64,000 nt of DNA. It comes from an uncultured Gemmatimonadales bacterium. Its GTDB lineage: Bacteria; Gemmatimonadota; Gemmatimonadetes; Longimicrobiales; Longimicrobiaceae. The DNA lies in contig OY970303.1 of assembly GCA_963716255.1 (NCBI GenBank), forward strand, positions 928,001-992,000, in the 5' to 3' direction. Shown here piece by piece: positions 59,826 through 64,000 of this stretch. The notes beneath the pieces are model-generated. The model was not told the origin of the DNA and did not search any database. It was given only the letters and a program-made list of their open reading frames with translations. The position numbers were made by a program, and so were the translations under genes. Each line of letters opens with the position of its first letter. Position 1 is the stretch's first letter.

Positions 59826-60415
59826 CAGGGGCTCCGCTCCACCGCCCACCCCGCCGCGACCACCGCGATCACGGCGGACACGGCCACCACCCGCAGGCGG
59901 AAGGGCGACGGGGCGCGCAGCCCGCCCAGCAGCCGGTCCAGCCCGGCGAAGAGCACGGTCGCCGCCGCCAGCACCGCCACCTGCCCCGCCTCGATCCCCA
60001 GGTTGAAGCCCAGGAGCGGCACGGCGACCCCGTCCACGAACAGGCTGCGCAGGTAGTTGGCGAAGCCGGCACCGTGCACCAGCCCGAACACCCCGGCGAA
60101 CACCGGACGGTAGCGGCCGCGCCAGGGCGCCCCCGCGCGGTCGCGCACCAGCAGGTTCTCCGCCGCCGTGGCCACGATGGTCACGGGGATCAGGAACTCG
60201 ATGAGCGCGGTGGGGAGGTTGAGCACCCCCGTCACCGCGAGCGCCAGGGTGACCGAGTGCCCCACGGTGAAGGCGGTGACCACCGCCATCGCCTGGCGCC
60301 AGTCGCGCAGCCGGTAGATGGCCGCCAGCACCAGGATGAACAGCACGTGGTCCGCCCCGCGCGGGTCGGTGATGTGCAGGAAGCCCAGGTGGGCGAAGGT
60401 CAGGAGCTCGGACAT
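59822..60415 (-). CDS. HupE/UreJ family membrane protein
   Basis: GFLHI..DHVLF, TAFTVGHSVTL, FGLVHGAGFA, LLGFNLGIEAGQ. Confidence 0.9.
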   Translation of the reverse strand: MSELLTFAHLGFLHITDPRGADHVLFILVLAAIYRLRDWRQAMAVVTAFTVGHSVTLALAVTGVLNLPTALIEFLIPVTIVATAAENLLVRDRAGAPWRGRYRPVFAGVFGLVHGAGFANYLRSLFVDGVAVPLLGFNLGIEAGQVAVLAAATVLFAGLDRLLGGLRAPSPFRLRVVAVSAVIAVVAAGWAVERSPW

Positions 60416-60428
60416 GGGGGCTCCGGGT

Positions 60429-61769
60429 TCAGTCGCAGCCGCCCGCCAGGTAGTGGCGGAGCGGGGCCTGGCAGGCCAGCGCCTCGCGCGCCAGGCGGGC
60501 GTGCACCGGGTGGAAATCCGGGGCGATGGCGAGCGCGGCGCGCAGGTGCCCGCGGGAGCGATCCCGGTCGCCAAGCGACTTCTCGATCATCCCGGCGTGG
60601 TACAGGAGCATGGGGTCGCGCGTCCCGCGGGCAAGCGCGGCGGCCATGGCCGGGCGCGCCTCGGCGTCGCGGCCGGCGCGGTGCAGCGCCCAGGCCAGCA
60701 GGTCGTGGCCGTACACGTCGCGCCGGGTGCGCAGGTCGGCGCGGGCCTGCGCCAGCACCTGCGGGACGCGCCGTCCGTGGTCCAGCAGGAACAGGCTCTC
60801 GGCGCGGTGGTACGCCCCCGCGCTCCCTGCCAGCGACACCTCCACCACCCGCGCGTACTCGGCGGCGCGCCGTGCGTCGCCGGACGCGGCGTACAGGTCG
60901 GAAAGCAGCGCCAGCGTCGCCGGCTCCGGAGCCGCGGCCACCGCCCGCTCGCCGAAGTCGACCGCGGCGTCCCACTTCTCCCGGGCCCCCTCCAGCCGCG
61001 CCATGGCGGCGAGCAGGCGGCGGTCGTCCGGGAACACCTCCAGCCCCGCCGTCAGCGCCTCCTCCGCGGCGTCCAGCTCGCCGTGGCGCAGCTCGAAGTC
61101 GCCCACGCGCAGCTGGAACCACGCCACCAGCTCCGGGGCAAGGTCGGTGCGCAGCACCGCGCGGTCGCGCGCCGCGCGCAGCAGCGCGCGCGCCTCCCCC
61201 GTGCGCCCCCCGATCTCGGCCCAGCGGGCGAGCCGCGGGGCCACGTCCAGCTCCGCGCGCGACGGCGCCAGCGAGCCGAAGGTCACGGCCGCGCCGTCGT
61301 AGTCGCCCAGCTCCATCTGGATCTCGCCCAGCATGGCGCGGAAGGCGGCGTTCTCCGGCTCCAGCGCCACCAGCGTCCGCGCCGCCTCCAGCGCCTCGCC
61401 GAAGCGGTGCTGCTCCACCAGCGCGGCCGCGAGCAGGGCATGGCCCGCCGGGTTCCGCACGTCGCGAAGGCGGAGCGACTCGCGCGCCGCCGCTTCGGCC
61501 GCCAGCACGTCCTCGGCGCTCCCCGTCTCCCGCGCGCGCTGCAGCAGGAGCTGGGCGAGCCACCCGCGGTCCGTCGCGCTGTACGGGTCGCGCCGGGCGC
61601 GCGCCTCCACCAGCGCGATGCGCTGGTCCAGGTCCTCCGGGTCCACCGTGGGCCGCGCCACGGCGGCAGGGCGCACGTCGTCGGCGGAAACGATCCGCGC
61701 GGCCACGCCGCCGGCGAGGGCCAGCACGCCGGCGAGGGCCGCCGCGATGAGATGTCCGCGATGCTTCAT
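60429..61769 (-). CDS. Exported/membrane-anchored TPR protein
   Basis: N-terminal hydrophobic segment, many TPR helices, DLLAWALHRAG..YHAGMI. Confidence 0.88.
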   Translation of the reverse strand: MKHRGHLIAAALAGVLALAGGVAARIVSADDVRPAAVARPTVDPEDLDQRIALVEARARRDPYSATDRGWLAQLLLQRARETGSAEDVLAAEAAARESLRLRDVRNPAGHALLAAALVEQHRFGEALEAARTLVALEPENAAFRAMLGEIQMELGDYDGAAVTFGSLAPSRAELDVAPRLARWAEIGGRTGEARALLRAARDRAVLRTDLAPELVAWFQLRVGDFELRHGELDAAEEALTAGLEVFPDDRRLLAAMARLEGAREKWDAAVDFGERAVAAAPEPATLALLSDLYAASGDARRAAEYARVVEVSLAGSAGAYHRAESLFLLDHGRRVPQVLAQARADLRTRRDVYGHDLLAWALHRAGRDAEARPAMAAALARGTRDPMLLYHAGMIEKSLGDRDRSRGHLRAALAIAPDFHPVHARLAREALACQAPLRHYLAGGCD

Positions 61770-61796
61770 GGGCCCGTCGATCCGAAAAGTGAGAAT

Positions 61797-61827
61797 CCCG
61801 CTCCCCGGCGGATGCCGGGGAGCGGGG
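61797..61827. terminator. Intra-operon hairpin
   Basis: CCCGCTCCCCGGC-GGAT-GCCGGGGAGCGGG. Confidence 0.5.
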
Positions 61828-61839
61828 TCGCGCCGGCCC

Positions 61840-62493
61840 TTACTGCGTGGGCGCGGCGAGGTACGGGAAGGTGGTGAGCGCCGTCTTGTCGTTCTCGTTG
61901 ACGTTGTCGCCGACGAGGCCGGGGCTGACGTTGACGTTGTTCCCCAGCACGTTGCCGAAGACCACCGCCGTCGCCTTGTCCACGGCGTCGTCGCCCATCA
62001 GCTTGCGGCCGCCGTAGCCGTTGGTGGGGTCCAGCACGTTGGTGAGCCAGCCGACGTTCGCGGCGGTCGCCGAGTTCGCCGAGGTCACCCCGGCCGCCCG
62101 GCTGGTGAACACCTTGATCATGTCGCCGGGGGCCGCCGGAGTGCCCAGCAGGGCGCCGGCGACGGCGGTCGCGTACGGCGCGTCGCGCTTGGCCACCGTC
62201 GTGACGAAGGCCACCACGTCGTCCGTGAAGTGGAACGGGTCGCGCGCCGGCTCGAAAGCGTCGTACGCGTCGTGCTCGCGCTTCTCCACGAGCGCTTCCA
62301 TCACCAGCGGGTTCCCCAGCCGCTCCACCTGCGTGAACCGCCGGTTGGTGTTGGTGGAGAAGGTGCTGTCGGCGGCGGCGAACGCCGTCTCGCCGGGGCT
62401 CACGTTGGCTCCAGTGGGCTCGGTGTCGCAGGCGGCGAGGCCCGCGATCGCCAGCAAGGCCAGGGCGGCCGGATAAGTCTTGCGGTTCGGCAT
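61840..62493 (-). CDS. DUF4331-like lipoprotein (C-terminal-half motifs)
   Basis: Lipobox LAAC; QVERLGNPLV, GGRKL..DDAVD, FPYLAAP. Confidence 0.8.
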   Translation of the reverse strand: MPNRKTYPAALALLAIAGLAACDTEPTGANVSPGETAFAAADSTFSTNTNRRFTQVERLGNPLVMEALVEKREHDAYDAFEPARDPFHFTDDVVAFVTTVAKRDAPYATAVAGALLGTPAAPGDMIKVFTSRAAGVTSANSATAANVGWLTNVLDPTNGYGGRKLMGDDAVDKATAVVFGNVLGNNVNVSPGLVGDNVNENDKTALTTFPYLAAPTQ

Positions 62494-62545
62494 TGTCTCT
62501 TGTCTCCCGTTTCAGGACGTCGATGTGTGATTCGCGCGGTCCGGC

Positions 62546-63412
62546 TCAGCGGCCGATGGTGGCCCAGACGCCGAGCTGGCCGCCGCCCCGTCCCTGCGTC
62601 AGCTGCGACTCGGGAAGCTCGACGACGATGGCGAGCGCGTTGATCCCGGCCAGGAAGTCGACCGCGCAGCCGAAGCGGGTGTCGCGCGCCGTCTGTCCCG
62701 GGTTGGGAACGCCATTGGTGCAGGCCGGCCGGAAGGCCAACGCCACCGTGCCCGGCGGGGGCGGGATCACGCCGCCGATCTGCGAGTCCGGGCCCGTGGT
62801 GGGACGGCGGTCCGGGATGATGCGGAGGAACTGCTGCAGGTCCACGTAGAACGGGTCGTCGCGCAGCCCGGCGAACACCTGCATCTGGCCGGCGGTCGCG
62901 GCGCCGCTGGCGGCGAGCTGCGCCGTCAGGGTGCTGCTGATGGCGCCGCGGCGGATGTTGGGGGAGGCGCCGCTGAAGCCGAAGCTCACGCCCACGCCCG
63001 GCACCTGCACCATGCGCGGCGCCGTCGGCCCGATCACGTCCACCGTCTGCGTCCCGTCGGTCATCTCGTCGAAGGAGAACTGGAACACCAGGTCCTCGCG
63101 GCCGTCCTGGTTGTTGTCCACGTGCAGCTGGTACAGCGCGTTGGGATCGAACCGGGCCGGGAGCCCGCCCACCAGCGTGCGGTTGCCCACGATGGGCGAG
63201 ACCACCGTCATCGCCAGCACGATCCGGTCGTCCGCCGATCCCGGGAACACGTACACGTCGTTGATGTCCAGCTGCGGATTCAGCTCGGTGAGAGCCGTCT
63301 GCTGGTGATCGGAGCCCACCGTCTCGCGGACGGCAACCCCGCCGGCCGCCACCCCCACTGCGAGCAGCGAGAGGAGAAAGGGCCTGGTGCGGAACAGCGC
63401 GTGGATCTTCAT
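62546..63412 (-). CDS. DUF4331-like exported protein (N-terminal-half motifs)
   Basis: Signal peptide; SDH, DINDVYVF, FDPNALYQLHVDN, FAGLRDDPFYVDL, DFLAGINALAIVVELP, VWATI. Confidence 0.85.
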   Translation of the reverse strand: MKIHALFRTRPFLLSLLAVGVAAGGVAVRETVGSDHQQTALTELNPQLDINDVYVFPGSADDRIVLAMTVVSPIVGNRTLVGGLPARFDPNALYQLHVDNNQDGREDLVFQFSFDEMTDGTQTVDVIGPTAPRMVQVPGVGVSFGFSGASPNIRRGAISSTLTAQLAASGAATAGQMQVFAGLRDDPFYVDLQQFLRIIPDRRPTTGPDSQIGGVIPPPPGTVALAFRPACTNGVPNPGQTARDTRFGCAVDFLAGINALAIVVELPESQLTQGRGGGQLGVWATIGR

Positions 63413-63589
63413 ACGTCCCTCCGGCAGATGTGATTTCCTCGCGGGCCGGCCAACGGCCGGACCGCCCTGCACCCTGCATCCCGCGTCCGCCGGAACGGAC
63501 CCGGGCCCCCGCCGCGTCGCGATCTCCGCGCACCGCCGGCACGCGGACTGGCAGCCGTCGCCCGGTGCGGTGGCGGCCTGTAGACAGCA

Positions 63590-63617
63590 GTACGACGGGG
63601 GGCTTCGGATCGGATCT
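63590..63617 (-). promoter_or_regulatory. Putative ECF promoter AGATCCG-N16-CGTAC
   Basis: Minus strand AGATCCG ATCCGAAGCCCCCCGT CGTAC, upstream of the DUF4331 operon. Confidence 0.55.
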
Positions 63618-63666
63618 GTGGGGGTCGGATATTGATTCAAGCGGGGTGGACTGCCACTGCGGGTTC

Positions 63667-63799
63667 GGGCGTGTCCCCGGCTGGCGCCGGGGTCGGGCTT
63701 CGGCTCCGTAGGGCTGCAAACAACGCAGCCCAACGGAGTCGAGCCCCGGCGGAAACAGCCCCGCCGGGTCTCGCCCCTTCGGGCCGAAATCCCTCACGC
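63667..63799 (+). repeat. Family A repeat, copy 9
   Basis: GGGCGTGTCCCCGG..ATCCCTCACGC, followed by family B hairpins to ~63960. Confidence 0.95.
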
Positions 63800-64000
63800 G
63801 GGGATCGCGCTGGCGTCCGCGGGGGGCCCGGCTTCGATCCTCGCCATTGCCGTGTCGTACTCCCCTCCCCCCTTGCGGGGGAGGGGCTGGGGGAGGGGGG
63901 TCGCCGTCGCCGTGCTCCCCCTTCCCTCGCCTGCGGGGGAAGGGGGCCGGGGGGATGGGGGGCCGCCGGGTCGGGCTCCGGGGCGGAACGGAAGGGGAAA

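Overview
Very GC-rich bacterial chromosome segment. The gene families and repeat style suggest Gemmatimonadota (Longimicrobium-like), which is an inference only. Core content: GlgE/trehalose-glycogen pathway genes (treS-maltokinase fusion running off the left edge, glgE, one ORF joining glgX and treZ, treY), two tandem cardiolipin-synthase-like PLDs, ETF-quinone oxidoreductase, khtTU, four sensor kinases, an orphan cheB/cheB/cheR/kinase cluster, a HipA-like kinase plus DUF3037 pair, two ECF sigma/anti-sigma pairs, a His-rich ORF plus TonB receptor, and a DUF4331-TPR-HupE/UreJ-DUF6702 operon. Highlights: (1) a convergent TPR protein plus a small lipoprotein-type precursor carrying two identical GGLGMSGSGN peptides, with a GC breakpoint inside the TPR gene (candidate peptide-receptor signalling cassette); (2) a complete 5.95-kb IS1595-family transporter element (32-bp TIRs, 8-bp TSD) carrying a Type IIB-like R-M system and a divergent HTH pair, nested in a ~190-bp MITE (18-bp TIRs, CTAT TSD), itself inserted in a chromosomal hairpin repeat; (3) nine copies of a ~130-nt repeat with clear compensatory base-pair changes; (4) a 31-bp mini-element found in hairpin loops and in frame inside treZ; (5) a shared AGATCCG-N16-CGTAC putative ECF promoter. 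No rRNA, tRNA or CRISPR array was seen. All calls come from reading the sequence by eye; no searches were run.
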